The translations under genes were made by a program, and so were the position numbers. Shown piece after piece: positions 43,281 to 55,957 of a stretch of 64,000 nt of DNA. Position 1 is the stretch's first letter. Each line of letters opens with the position of its first letter. The DNA is from Octopus sinensis (lineage: Eukaryota), in NCBI RefSeq assembly GCF_006345805.1, contig NC_042998.1:154938001-155002000 (forward strand). The letters run 5' to 3'. The notes under the pieces are model-generated. The model was not told the origin of the DNA. It saw only the letters and a program-made list of their open reading frames with translations, and did no database searches.

Positions 43281-45029
43281 AGAAAGAAAATATGTATTAT
43301 ATATTACCATTTCTGGTGGACCGAAAGCTGATCATAAAATTTTAACTTATTACATTTTCTGTGATTAGTCCATCAATGTCAACTGTGTTATCTGAAAATT
43401 TCTAATAAATATTTGTGGCAAGTCATGTAATTTATATTTTTTCATTGGTTTCAGTCATTGAACTACAGACATGCTGAGGTAGAGCCTTTTAGGGTTTAGA
43501 CTGATTTATATCACAGATATAAATAGTGGATAGTTACAAAGTTCACTTTGTATCCACATAGTTTTAGGTTCAGTCCCACTGTACAGCATCTTGGGCAAGT
43601 GTCTTTTAACTATATATATCCTTGGGTCAACCAAAGCCTTATAAGCTTATTTGAAACTGAAAGAAGCCTGTTGTGTGTGTGTTGTATGGTGTGTAAGCAT
43701 CCATAAATATGAGCTTGTGTTTTAATGTCTCTTTGTCTTGATGTCCATGTTAATTGTAAATCAAACATCACCATCATGCAAGTAGTGTTGTTCATTTGCA
43801 ATCTTCTGTGAAAAACACATTTAGCTAGTGTAATGTTTATTTGAAGGACTAAGGAAAAATGTTGGTTGAGTGGGAAACAGGAAAAGCATCTGGCCATTGA
43901 AAATCTGCCTTGATGAATTTTGTCTGATACATGCCAGCATGGAAAAGAATGATATTGAATTCTATTAATCTTAGAAATAATTTTAATAACTTCAGAAGAA
44001 TGAAAGTCAAAGTCAACATAGGTAAAAAAAAAAAAGGGCATAATCAAATACCACCAAATATTTTTGCTCAATACTTTAAACGATACTGTATTCCTTACCA
44101 TACACACATTCATCATTCTTGCATGGGTTGGGTGGACCATCACAGTCAGAGTCAGTTCTTATTTGGAAGCTACTGTCTTTGTAAATAGTTCAACAGACTA
44201 TGTTTCCCTGATACATTTCATTCTTGGTTTTGTTTTTACAGTTAAACCACATACTAGAGTGTACTGGACGAATTTAAACATGGTACCAGCACTAGACAGA
44301 GGTTGTTATGTCCTCTACAAAACTTAAGGGTACTCTCAACTTTATATTGCTTCTGCTCATTTACCAACCACTTAACAGTGTGTACTAGGTACATTTTATC
44401 ATGGCACAAACACTAGTCACGTACTTTGTATGCTTTATGACAAAAAAGACCTCATTATTCTATGATGAGACAATATGACAAGACACTGATTAACAGAGTG
44501 GGCAAAGGGATCAAAAGTATAAGGATAGAAACAGAGTGATTAGGGTGAGTGATGGATCGCAACAAAATAAACTATAGTAAGAGATAGTGGACATAAATAA
44601 GAGGTGGCTTGTGGGGGAGAGAGAAATGATGAGCAATACAGAGAAGATGATGGTATAGTGTATCAAGTACAAGAAGATCAAGTATTCAATGCTGTCTCTT
44701 ATATATAGGCTTCATGATGGGAAAGAGAGTTAGATTGATAAGGATGGTGGTTGGAAGGATTGAATACAATCAATATCATCCTTTGTTACATGGGCAGCAT
44801 GGTACATCGGATAGGAAAGCTGATGAGTGTCAGAAAGATGAAAGGGTCATCTCTGTATACAGAGACAACAATGTACAGTGAATAGGAGAAATCCACAGCC
44901 ATCCTTAATTACACTGGCAGCATAGTACAGTGAATATAAGAGAGTATGAATGATAAAAAAATATGACCATATCAAAGAGGCATGGGAGGAAGATGTAGAC
45001 TTAACATTCATTTCACCATGTTTGCATGA

Positions 45030-45480
45030 ATGAATGGGTCTTCTCAAGCATTGTGTATCATTGTTGTTTCCTCTATGAGGTTTAGCACCCTAAGATCAGT
45101 CTTCATCACTTTATTCCCTGTCTTCCTAGATCTCCCTCTTCCACGGGTTTCTTTCACTTTGAATATAGCTGTCATTCTTCATACACATCACATGCCTGTA
45201 ACAGTGCAGTCTTCTCTCTTGTACACTACTTCTGATTAGTACCCAATTTTTCTTTCAGCTCATTTGTGCACCATTGTTCATACACATTAACATTATACAT
45301 TCAATTGCGCATGCTTCCTTCATTTTTTTCTAGTCTTCACAATTGTTCCACACTCAGGGTCATATCTCACTTGCACAAGCTTCATACAATTTGTCCATCA
45401 CCCTGAGAGATAAACCCTTTGTTACCAGTAGCTTTCTGAACTTTGTCAAATCTGTTTTTACTCTGGTTGCTATGTTTTCA
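45030..45480 (-). mobile_element. old RTE ORF2 C-terminal fragment
   Basis: Similar by eye to 20500-20990. Confidence 0.6.
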
Positions 45481-47479
45481 GAACATACACTGTTTTAAGC
45501 AATAACAACTATATCTAGGTATGGCTCCTTTGTTTCATCTGCCAGCAAGATCTTTGAAAACTTCCTGGACACAATCGAATAATCACTGCAGGACAGAATA
45601 GGACTTTCTTGAACTTCAGACTTATCATGTGCTATTTTGTTTATTAGCCCATATGAAATTTTTTTGTTTCTAAATCTAGAATGTTTTCATTTAATTTCCT
45701 TTGACTTAAATAACCATTATTTTTTCTTTCTTTTTTACAAACAGATTTATTGTTTTTTATCAACTAACTCAGTCATTACATTAATCTTCATATCCCCTTC
45801 ACTATATCTGAATAATAATATTTCTAACTTTTTATTAGGTAAACAGTATTTTCTTTTCATATTGGTTAACCACATACCATTTTAGATTGCTTTTCTATTT
45901 ACATTCATGTGTCATTTTTTGTTAAAACTTTTGTCTTAATCTTATTTTGTGTACATATGTGAATACCTTAGCATTCTAACAGTTACATTTTTATGCACAT
46001 ATATTAATGTGTGAATTTTTATATGTGTGGTGTTAGTGGTATTATGGGCTGTGATGAGCTATGTGGTGTTGGTGGAGAGGATGACAGATGAGGTGGACGG
46101 AAGTAAGGCTTGCAGGGGCCGGCGGAAGAGTGAAAGGGGCATGCATAGGCAGGAAGCACATGTGGTCAGTTCCAGCAAAGAGCGCAGAGCGACAAGACGT
46201 GTTGAATTCGTGAGAGTGACCGCTGATTTCGCCGAGGTAAGGCCTTTTGTATTTCTTTCTCCCATTGCTTCTTTTTCTGTTGTCCTTTTCCTCCATCGCA
46301 CTACAATATGTATGCATAATTTTTGTTTTTGAAAAAATTTTTTAAATCTAACAAACAGAATTAATAAAAATTTAATCTTCTTCAGCTATTTTGCTAAGTA
46401 TCTGTGTTTACTTCATCTACTACTTGTTGATAAGATGATTGTATCATCTTATTTCATTTATTTTCATCATGATGCAATCAAAAAGGAATTACACTTAATT
46501 TAATTACTTTGAAAGTAGACCTACATTTTTTCTGCTTCTCATTTTCCTGTTCTGGGTACTAAACTAAACCATATATCATTTCTCTTCTTGCTTTTTCTCC
46601 CTCACTGAGACTCCACTATATATTTTATCTATTTTTGTGCCTCATCTCCATCTAACAGCCATGCCACCGTGATAGCAATTTTATTGCAAAGCATTGAAAC
46701 AGGTGGGATCAATGCCTTGCAATAAATATATATTTATATCAACCTGGCATTATAGTTTTGAACAGGAGTTTCTGACACTGTGTTATTTTGAATTACTATC
46801 TACTTATTTTTGGTTTTCAATAAATTTGAATATTGCAATGCCTTCTATTCCATTTCCTATCTAGAGGTGAGTTTCATGTATTGGTGTAGTATAGTTCACC
46901 AGAAAAAACAGACAGTGTACTGGCTTTATAGCTTTGAAGAGCAGTTTATACACACACACACACGTATAAATATAGAATAGTGGTACAACAAGGCACCAAT
47001 GTTTACTGGAAATAGCAGTTGATAATCTTACGATGCTATAGTAAAGCTTCACTGTATAAATTCTGGCAAAGATGTGTGTAGCAGTGAAAAAAAAATTTCA
47101 TCTAGAGGTATCTAGAAAGAACATGGACAACCCAAAATAGGATAATCTAGGACCTAGGTTTTGGACTCTTCAAATATGTTTAGCTAGATTTACCTAGACA
47201 CTATTTCAAATGTTGCTACATCAGTGCCAGTATCCTCACAGCCAAGCTGTTAACAGAACCGAAAACAGTGAAAACGTTTTCAATGAAAAAATTAAATATT
47301 GCAATATAAATGTATTGCTTTCCAGTCAAATATATATATGTGTGTGTGTGAGGGAGGATGAAGTGGTAAGACTCTGGGCCTCACTAAGGAAATGACAAGT
47401 GACTGGAAGTTGTGGTGATTTACTGTACTTGAGAAGACATGTCAAGTTAAGTAAAATCACAGTTATCCATATATACAGG

Positions 47480-47750
47480 CATGTCCTTTGCAGGTGCTGG
47501 TGCATGTTAAATGCACTCATGCCAGTGTCACATAAAATGCACTCGTGCTATATAAACGCACCCATGCTGGTGACATGTAACAAGCACTCAGTGCACTCTA
47601 TTAAGTAGTTGGCATCAGGAAAGGCATCCAGTCATAGAAATCATGTCAACAGACAATTGGAGTCTGGACAACTGCCTGGCTGGCCAACTCCTGTCAAACT
47701 GTCCAACCCATGCCAGCATGGCTATTAAGCAATGATGATGATGATGATGA
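47480..47750 (+). mobile_element. RTE 3' UTR fragment with (GAT)n tail
   Basis: ggcatcaggaaaggcatccag...ccaacccatgccagcatgg...atgatgatgatgatgatg. Confidence 0.8.
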
Positions 47751-47885
47751 AGATATATATATACATATATATATATATATATTATATATATATATATATA
47801 TATATCAATAATAAAGTGATTGTTTCTTATCAGGAACAAAATGTTTAATAGGACTGCTATAGAAGTGCTCAATTAAATGAGACAA

Positions 47886-48518
47886 ATATATTAAACTATG
47901 GTTGCAGAACAAACAAGGTTTGGTTAAGGAGGTCTCGCTCTGGTATGTGATGTGTGTTTCTTTATTTTTCCCCTGATGAAGGAGTAATTATCGTGATGCA
48001 CCCTCGTGCATTAAATACGGTGATGAACCCCTGAAATGGCCATAGGGAATGTAAATATGGTTTCTTCTTTTTTTTGCTTGGACACTGGCTTTTAACAATA
48101 GGTTTTCCCTTATCTTGAAAAGTAATTTTTAATCGAAAAAATTTCTAAACGATGAACTTTTATCTTACCTTATATATTATTTATTTATATGTTTCCTATA
48201 TATATGTATTTTTATATCTTTTTATATATTTATATATTTCTTTATATTTTTATGTATTTATTATTCTAGATGTTGTAATGTTAAAATATATATTCTTTTA
48301 GTCGCTAAAGTATTAATCATTAACTTTTAACCGCGATGGACTGTATTCACACATTTTTCTTATATGCTTGTATTGATGAGTTGTGTTTCATCTTCCATGA
48401 TTTTATGCATGTATATTCTACATGAAAGAAAAAGCATTATGTGATTAAATGTTCGAGATTTGAAATGTTACGTGGATGACCTTATATTTGTTTGTTCTGC
48501 AACCATAGTTTAATATAT
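47886..48518 (+). mobile_element. 633-bp non-coding element with perfect 31-bp terminal inverted repeats and an internal hammerhead fold
   Basis: atatattaaactatggttgcagaacaaacaa (47886-47916) is inverted at 48488-48518. Confidence 0.75.
47968..48049 (+). ncRNA. minimal type I hammerhead ribozyme fold
   Basis: Stem I TTCCC/GGGAA, core CTGATGA (47973-47979), extended stem II with a TGATGCAC/GTGCATTA hairpin, GAAA (48033-48036), palindromic stem III ATGGCCAT, predicted cleavage after A48044. Confidence 0.7.
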
Positions 48519-48639
48519 ATATACATAAAATGACAAACTAAGGAAAGTATATTACGTTATAATATAAATAAATTATTGGTTTGTCAATTGAATCTCTCTA
48601 TCTAATTTATTGTTTTGTATACTCTTTTATTCTTTTATT

Positions 48640-48775
48640 CTTTTATTTGTTTCAGTCATTTGACTGCGGCCATGCTGGAGCACCGCCTTTAATCGAGCAA
48701 CTCGACCCCGGGACTTATTCTTTTGTAAGCCCAGTACTTATTCTATCGGTCTCTTTTGCCGAACCGCTAAGTAAC
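48640..48775 (-). mobile_element. tRNA-derived SINE, 3' part
   Basis: gtttcagtcatttgactgcggccatgctggagcaccgcc... Confidence 0.85.
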
Positions 48776-48778
48776 ACT

Positions 48779-48835
<57 letters not shown>

Positions 48836-49569
48836 ATTACACTATGTACATATGATGTGTGTGTAAGGTGCAGGCATAGTTGTATGATTAAGAAGCTCAC
48901 TTTGCAACCATGTGGTTTTGGGTTTAGTTCCACTGCAGAGCACCTTGGGAAAATCTTCTTAAGCCTAGGGACAACATATAGTCTTTGAAAACTCTTAGCA
49001 AAGTTCACTCTTATAAGCATTAGAGGAAGGTCTCCAATTTGAGGATAATTTCCTCATTTTTATCCCTCCAGACTTGGAGGCCCTGAAAATAGGTTTTGTA
49101 TACTGCCATTCCATTCCTAACTAAGCAGAAAAATGCTCATACAATTTGTTTCCCCTATTTTACTTGTAAAACTTGTTTATCCAATACTGTAGTAGAAGAT
49201 TTTTGACAAAATACCATACAGTAGGCTCAAACCTGTCAAGTGAAATTCTTAAGCAAGTCTGTGTCCCTAGATGCCGTTTGTTGGTTTGTCATGCTTTAGT
49301 TATTTTTATTGCTAAATGATAGTAAATGATCAACAAAAAGAAGTGATCTGCAAAAAGGATGTTTATTTAAACATGGCAATTTAAGGGGACCTTAAAATAT
49401 TACATTTAAAATTTGTAATCTTCTTAACTTGAAATTGATTAAATATTTCATATATTTTGTTTTTTAAATCAGTAATATGAAAAAAATAAATTCAGCAAAT
49501 GATTGTTCATGAAAACTTCAAGAGATATGTTATTAATTAAATTTCTTTTAGTGATCTTAAATGTTATTG

Positions 49570-49720
49570 AAGGCACATGGTCTAGTGGTTAAGGTGTTGC
49601 ACTTATGATCATAAAGGTATGGATTCAATTCATGGACACGGGCAGCATGTTGTGTCCTTGAACAAGGCATATCATTTCAAGTTGTTTCAGTCTACTTTGC
49701 TGCAAATGAACATCAGCTGA
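49570..49720 (+). mobile_element. diverged tRNA-headed SINE related to 55628-55957
   Basis: ggcacatggtctagtggttaagg...gttgtgtccttgaacaaggca. Confidence 0.65.
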
Positions 49721-50185
49721 CTGCTAGTGCAGCCCTCTCTCCTTCAATGTGTTACATTTCACAGCTTTGATGTTCCACTGAGTCAAGGGTAGGAGGTGGC
49801 CAAGAAGGTGTTTATATCTGCTTCTGATGACAGAGGTACTGAAAACAGTTAGTGAAAGCACGGTACAAGTTACCAGGTCATACTCACTTGCAAGTATGTA
49901 GGACATATTGTAGCTAGCTTACTAGTAGAAAATTTGTTTTATAAGCAGACCCTCTGAAAAATTCATGGTAAAGTGTCCAAATTTTAATAATGTTTACCTT
50001 AAAAGAAATAGATTCACTGCTGAAGTTTACTAGGATTTTTGGGAGATAAGAACGCTGCACACATTTACATCAGAGAGTTTTTTTTTTTATCAGTTGGTAT
50101 GCTAGTTAAATTACACCTTCAGAACAACTTCAAAATCATGTTCCTTAATTTGGTGAAATTATGAATCAAAAAATTATTTTAGGTG

Positions 50186-50343
50186 TACGAGTGGCTGTGT
50201 GGTAAGTAGCTTGCTTACCAGCCATATGGTTCTGGGTTCAGTCCCACTGCATGGCACCTTGGGCAAGTGTCTTCTACTATAGCCTCAGGCTGACCAAAGC
50301 CTTGTGAGTAGATTTGGTAGACGGAAACTGAAAGAAGCCCATC

Positions 50344-50383
<40 letters not shown>

Positions 50384-50605
50384 GTGTGTGTGTGTGTGTG
50401 TATGTTTGTGTGTCTATGTTTGTCCTCCCACCAATCCTTGATAACCGATGCTGGTGTGTTTACATCCCAGTGACTTAGCTGTTTGGCAGAAAACACTGAT
50501 GGAATAAGTACTAGGCTTACAAAGAATAAGTCCAGGGGTCGATTTTCTCGACTAAAGGCAGTGCTCTAGCATGGACACAGTCAAATGACTGAAACAAAAG
50601 AATAG
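50186..50605 (+). mobile_element. tRNA-derived SINE, full-length, with internal (TA)n(TG)n
   Basis: Head, body and CR1-like tail are all present. Confidence 0.88.
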
Positions 50606-51029
50606 AGTAAAATTATTATTTCTCCAGACTTCAAAGGGAATAATATTTAAAAATTAATAACAATGCTTTTAGGACCCTCTTGTTTGATCTGGGATATTAT
50701 CTATGCAGATGATTTTTATGTCAATTGAAGCTTGCTACTGAAACAAACCATGTGTTTCACATGTCCTAGTGGTTTTTAACATTTAGTATTTTTGTTTCGT
50801 TCAGTAGATTGTCCATGGGTGCAGTTGGTGTTCAACCTATGGGGATGTATAGTGCACTGTTTACTATACTCTGTAGTTTATTAGCATTTGTGGAAGAATT
50901 GCTGGTATTTCTTTCAGTTAGTCAAATGTAATAGAAATGTAACATGTATAAGTGCTTTAAGTATGCTTGTGCATTCTTTTGCTTTCATTACAAAGATTTC
51001 TGTGGCTTACAGGTCTATATTTAAGAGAT

Positions 51030-51390
51030 GAGGAATTATGTACATTATTTACATTTGACAGATATTTGTCCTCATCTTGTTTGTTGTTAACACAACATTT
51101 CAGCTTAACCACTACGCCATATGCTCACGGGCATATGGCGTAGTGGTTAGGAGCATGAGCTACTAACCCCAAGATTCTGAGTTCAATTCCAAGCAGTGAC
51201 CTGAACAATAACAATAATACTAATAATAATGATAACATCGAAAAATACCTTAGGAATGAGAACCCTGGTTCAAAATTTCCCCAAGATTCCTGAAGAAGGC
51301 TGGAGGGTATATCAGCTGAAATGTGTTAACAACAAAAAAGATGAGGACAAATATCCGTTGAATGTAAATAATATACATTTCTGTTACTTG
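51030..51390 (+). mobile_element. fold-back element: inverted copies flanking a tRNA-like head and a hammerhead-like tail
   Basis: 19-bp hairpin taaccactacgccatatgc/gcatatggcgtagtggtta (51106-51149), A box TGGCGTAGTGG, B-box-like GAGTTCAATTCC, CTGAAGA...GGCTG/CAGC-TGAAA at 51290-51321, and ~75-bp outer inverted arms. Confidence 0.7.
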
Positions 51391-51439
51391 TTAGCATGCT
51401 GTGAAGGTGTTGTGTGTAGCTCCTAATATTTATGTCTTT

Positions 51440-51800
51440 TCAGTGTGTTTATGTGATATGTTTATATTGTTGATTGTATTTGAAGTTCTCTTGTGTTGCT
51501 GGTAAGAAAGAAGTAAGTGGATTTGGTGGGTGCTACTTCAAGTCTTTTATTTTGGAGTCAGGTTTCTGGAAGGTTGATGTAGGTTTGAAATTGTTGTGCA
51601 ATGGTGAGAGAATGTGAGCAAAGTGTCATTTGTGTATAATTGTGCGTGTATAGTTTGAAGAAAGGAAGGATGTATAGGTATAAGTAGAAAACACTGGAAG
51701 TCTTTTCATATGCTGTTATAAACTTTGATGACTTGACAAGTAATTTGTCAGCCAAACTTTTAAGGTTGGTGTTAAGCTTGAATTTCTATAGGTTAAAACC
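51440..51800 (-). mobile_element. old non-LTR RT relic (a related relic lies at ~53890-54420 on +)
   Basis: Degenerate post-YADD segment QQFQTYIN...LQNKRLEVAPTKST; the plus relic reads IDDVTV...LLQTYINN...KITPTKST. Confidence 0.5.
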
Positions 51801-52835
51801 CATAGAGATTAAAGGCATCTACATCACTGAGGAGAAAGTATTAAGCAAAGTGTTCAGTATAAGTAATGAAGTGTAAACATACTTAATGTGGCAAACATAA
51901 TAACTTTAATTACTCAAGACTGTTCATATCAAAGAAAGGTAAACATTATTGTACAATGCTTAACTAAATCAAACGAAAGTAAAGGTGACAGCTTAAAACC
52001 AGAGAGAAATATAATTTTTAAAAATTAGTTAATACTTTAGTATCTCAATGAATTCATTTGGGAGATGATGAAAGGAAGAGAGACATGTATAACATGTAGC
52101 TTTGGACATTGGTGGTATGCCACTTGTTAGTTGAAGAAGAGATAATTGTTTTTAATATAGGCCTGAAATTTGGAGAAGGGGAACAGTCATTACCATTGAC
52201 CCCAATACATGATTGGTGGTTTATTTTATTGATTTCAACAGGTTGGAAGCCATAGTTGACCTCAGCAAGATTTGAACTCAACATGGAAAGAGATGGAATG
52301 AAAACCACAAGTAATTTTGTATGATGTACAATGATTCACTCACTTCACCATCCTTGACATGAAAGAGACAAAAAGAAACAACACAAATGATTGAAGTGTC
52401 TTTGTAAGTGGATCTTTGCAATCAATTAGCTAACCTTTTGTGGACACTATGACTCAGAATACTTGTGCATGTAGCATAAGCACCTTCCCATACAAGCGAG
52501 CAATTTTCAAATGTGATTTACATTTGAGTTTTGTGTGTAGAAAATGAAGGAGAAAAGAAGAGAAAAAATATCATTAAAATGGAAATAGCAGAAAGGTAAT
52601 CTAAAATCCTGTCAGAAAAAATGCCAGTGATTTTATTCATATTTAATAAAATTTATTCTTTAAGACCTTAAAATAGGAATAAAGTAAACTAATTCTCAAA
52701 ATAGTAGGAGTTATTTGTTGATTGTGATTTTCAATTATTTTTAGAGCATAGCTGTTTTTAGTTAACTGTAGGAAGTTTTAAAGCGAGATGTGCATCAAAT
52801 ACAATATAATAAAAAAGAACTATACAAAGACATAC

Positions 52836-52919
52836 CATAGATGTTGGGTTGCCTGGTACAGACCCACCTGGGGTAGGATTCTTAGAAACCGCTGCAACGC
52901 TGGCCCGTCGCTTTGTTGT
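52836..52919 (-). CDS. internal coding exon of an unidentified host gene (TTKRRASVAAVSKNPTPGGSVPGNPTSM)
   Basis: 84 nt, open in frame 0. Pyrimidine-rich acceptor ...ttttcttatacatttcag and donor ATG|gtatgt. The GC-rich segment coincides with the splice boundaries in AT-rich flanks. Confidence 0.6.
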
Positions 52920-53289
52920 CTGAAATGTATAAGAAAAATTATGAAATAAGAGTCATGAAAAAATTGAAGGACTATAGCAAGAAAGAGGAAAAGAAATTAA
53001 AATTTTATTCACTAGGTGAATATTTCACATGTAAATATATTTATTGGTCTGTGTATCTCAACTGATAAAGCAATATGATGTTTACAGGTTTAATTATCCT
53101 TACATTTTAAGACAGACGATTTTTTCCCTTTTATGTCCCTAAATTTATTAAATACAGAATGCTACTCAATTTAAGAGATACACAGTTAAAAGTCAATTCC
53201 ATCATTAATCTGTTCTTTCAAATTTATTTGGCTTATTTTTAAACCTTGGGTAATTGATTTCTTTCAATCTGTGTTTGAAATAGTGCATG

Positions 53290-53755
53290 GAGGCAATGGC
53301 TAGTGACCAAGACCTTTGCTATGCTTCAGAAGACCCATCAAGCCAAGTGAAATTGTAGTCATGGCTGATGCTGGTGTCATGTAATTGGCACCCATCCTGG
53401 TGGCACGTAAAAAGCACCTTTCGAGTGTTGGGCTTCGTGGAAACAAAGTGTCCGATGCCAGTAGCACATGAAAAGATCCTTTCGAATGTCGGGCCTCATG
53501 GGGGCAATGGCTGAGACCTTTGGCATTATGCTGTGCTTGAGAAGAAGACCCATCAAGCCAAGTAAAATCGCAGTCATGGCAGATACCAGTGTCGTGCAAA
53601 TGGCACCTGTGCCAGTGACATGTAAAAGCACCCATTACATTCTCAGAGTGGTTGGTGTTAGGAAGGGCATCCAGCTGTAGAAACCATGCCAAATCAGACT
53701 GGGGTTTGGTGCAGCCTTCCAGCTTGCCAGCTCTGGTCGAATTGTCATCATTATC
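53290..53755 (+). mobile_element. RTE 3' UTR fragment with internal repeats
   Basis: Shared RTE 3' UTR; internal direct repeat agaagacccatcaagccaagt. Confidence 0.75.
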
Positions 53756-54849
53756 ATGATTTTATGTTTTGTTTCTATTCTGATTTGGATTGTATAAATT
53801 ATCACTGTATGAGTCAGCTCTTGTTCAGAGTTACTGCTCTCCTAGATAGGTTGGAGTACCAGGTTGGTTCACTCAGAATGTGATGGGTTAAACATCAACA
53901 ACGTATTTTACCAACACTGAAGTTTAATGAATTTGACAACCTAACAAAAACCTAGCTGAAATAGCATTACACAGATCCATCACAATCCTCTGCACGTACG
54001 CATGGGCATGCTCACACTAATAAATTATTGAAATGCTCATCCTTGACATCAGTAACTACATATTGTTCTTCCTAACTTATGGATCATTACGTTCAATCAC
54101 CACAAAAAGAAAAATATATAACAACACTAAATAAATACAAAACAAATCCCTAAGAAACAACACAAAATGCTGGTAAAAGCGCAAATGTACCATGCAGTGA
54201 CAAAACACACAACCTCATGCATAGATGACGTTACAGTCATAGTCTCTGCACAACTACTCCAAACCTATATTAACAATTGAAAAACCTGATTCCTGATTTC
54301 TAGCAAATATATAAAAATAACACCTACAAAATCTACTAGCTCTCTCTTGCTAGCAGCACCAAAGAACATAAAACACAACCAAATATTCATCCTAACAACA
54401 TTAAGATATCACACACACAGAAGACAGAAATATTGAGAAATCACAATGATTTTTGATGATATTATTGGTAATTTTAGATATGTTAAACTAGATAAACTGA
54501 ATATAAAAAATAAAAAAAAAGGCATACACTTTTAAAAGTAGATTTATCAAATTAAATCAAATTATGAATTTCTCACAATATAATATATTCTTTACACCAC
54601 AAACTAATAATAATATTCATGATTGTGTTGTAGTTGAAAGGGATAAGGTTAAAAAAACTGGAAGGAGGAAACAAAAAGGATGCGTTGCACAAAAACTAGT
54701 CTATAAATGTACAATAACGGTTGATGGTAATGCGTGCTGTTAAATAGATTCCTGTACTACAGACTTCCAAAAAAGCTTGCATAATCATCTCCTTTCATTC
54801 AAATACAGAAAAAAAATAAATTGTATTTCTTTAAGTACTCTCTCTCTTT

Positions 54850-55104
54850 TTCTCTTTTATTTGTTTCAGTCATTTGACTGTGGCCATGCTGGAGCACCGC
54901 CTTTAGTTGAGCAAATCGACCCCGGAACTTATTCTTTGTAAGCCTAGTACTTATTCTATCGGTCTCCTTGCTGAACCACTAAGTTACAGGGACGTAAACA
55001 CACCAGCATCAGTTGTCAAGCGATGTTGGGAGGATAAACACAGAAACACAAACATATACACACACACATATATATATATATTTGTATATATATATATATA
55101 TATT

Positions 55105-55144
<40 letters not shown>

Positions 55145-55296
55145 GTTTCTTTCAGTTTCCGTCTACCAAATCCACTTACAAGGCTTTGATCGGCCTGAGG
55201 CTATAGCAGAAGACACTTGCCCAAGGTGCCACGCAGTGGGACTGAACCCAGAACCATGTGGTTCATAAGCAAGCTACCATACAGCCACTCCTGCAT
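54850..55296 (-). mobile_element. tRNA-derived SINE, full-length
   Basis: Reverse complement of head, body and tail, with internal (TA)n. Confidence 0.88.
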
Positions 55297-55627
55297 ATAA
55301 AGTTTAAAAGATAAAAATACTAAATTTGATATTAAATGTCAATTATAGGCAGTGCTTTACCTAATACTAGTGGTAATCTTAACCCTGTAATGTTGGGTTC
55401 TTACTAAAGTGGTAATAAACAGAATACAGAGAAAAAGAAGATAAAACACTAAAATCAGATTACTGATCACATTGCAGCTTTGTAGCCAAGTGTGTTTATG
55501 ACACATTGTTAATGGTGCCCACCCCCCCATAGCTGTTGTTTACTTTTGTTTTTTATTGTAAAAAAAAAAAATTGCAATGAAACAAGTGGATGATGAACCC
55601 TGCACTTCATCTTGTAAATGAGCAATT

Positions 55628-55957
55628 TTTTTTAAAGACTCCGCCGGTTACGACGACGAGGGTCCCAGCTGATACGATCAACGGAACAGCTTGCTCGTGA
55701 AATTAACGTGCAAATGGCTGAGCATTCCACAGACACGTGTACCCTTAACGTAGTTCTCGGGGATAATCAGCGTGACACAGAGAGTGACAAGGCTGACCCT
55801 TTGAAATACAAGTACAACTCATTTTTGCCAGCTGAGTGGACTGGAGCAACGTGAAATAAAGTGTCTTGCTCAAGGACACAACGCGTCGCCGGGAATCGAA
55901 CTCACAACCTTACGATCATGAGCCGAATGCCCTAACCACTAAGCCACGCGCCCTCAC
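55628..55957 (-). mobile_element. young tRNA-headed SINE with a 12-bp target-site duplication
   Basis: Minus-strand head GGGCGCGTGGCTTAGTGGTTAGGGC...GAGTTCGATTCCCGG with A and B boxes; CpG-rich; duplication aaatgagcaatt at 55616-55627 and 55958-55969. Confidence 0.88.

Noticed and set aside
46680-46726. 18-bp stem hairpin resembling a pre-miRNA
   Set aside because: The stem is short and AT-rich with no flanking pairing, and there is no expression or conservation evidence.
51128-51205. Possible tRNA gene (also the heads at 55880-55957 and 49570)
   Set aside because: These are tRNA-derived SINE heads that continue into repeat bodies, with no complete cloverleaf or Pol III terminator.
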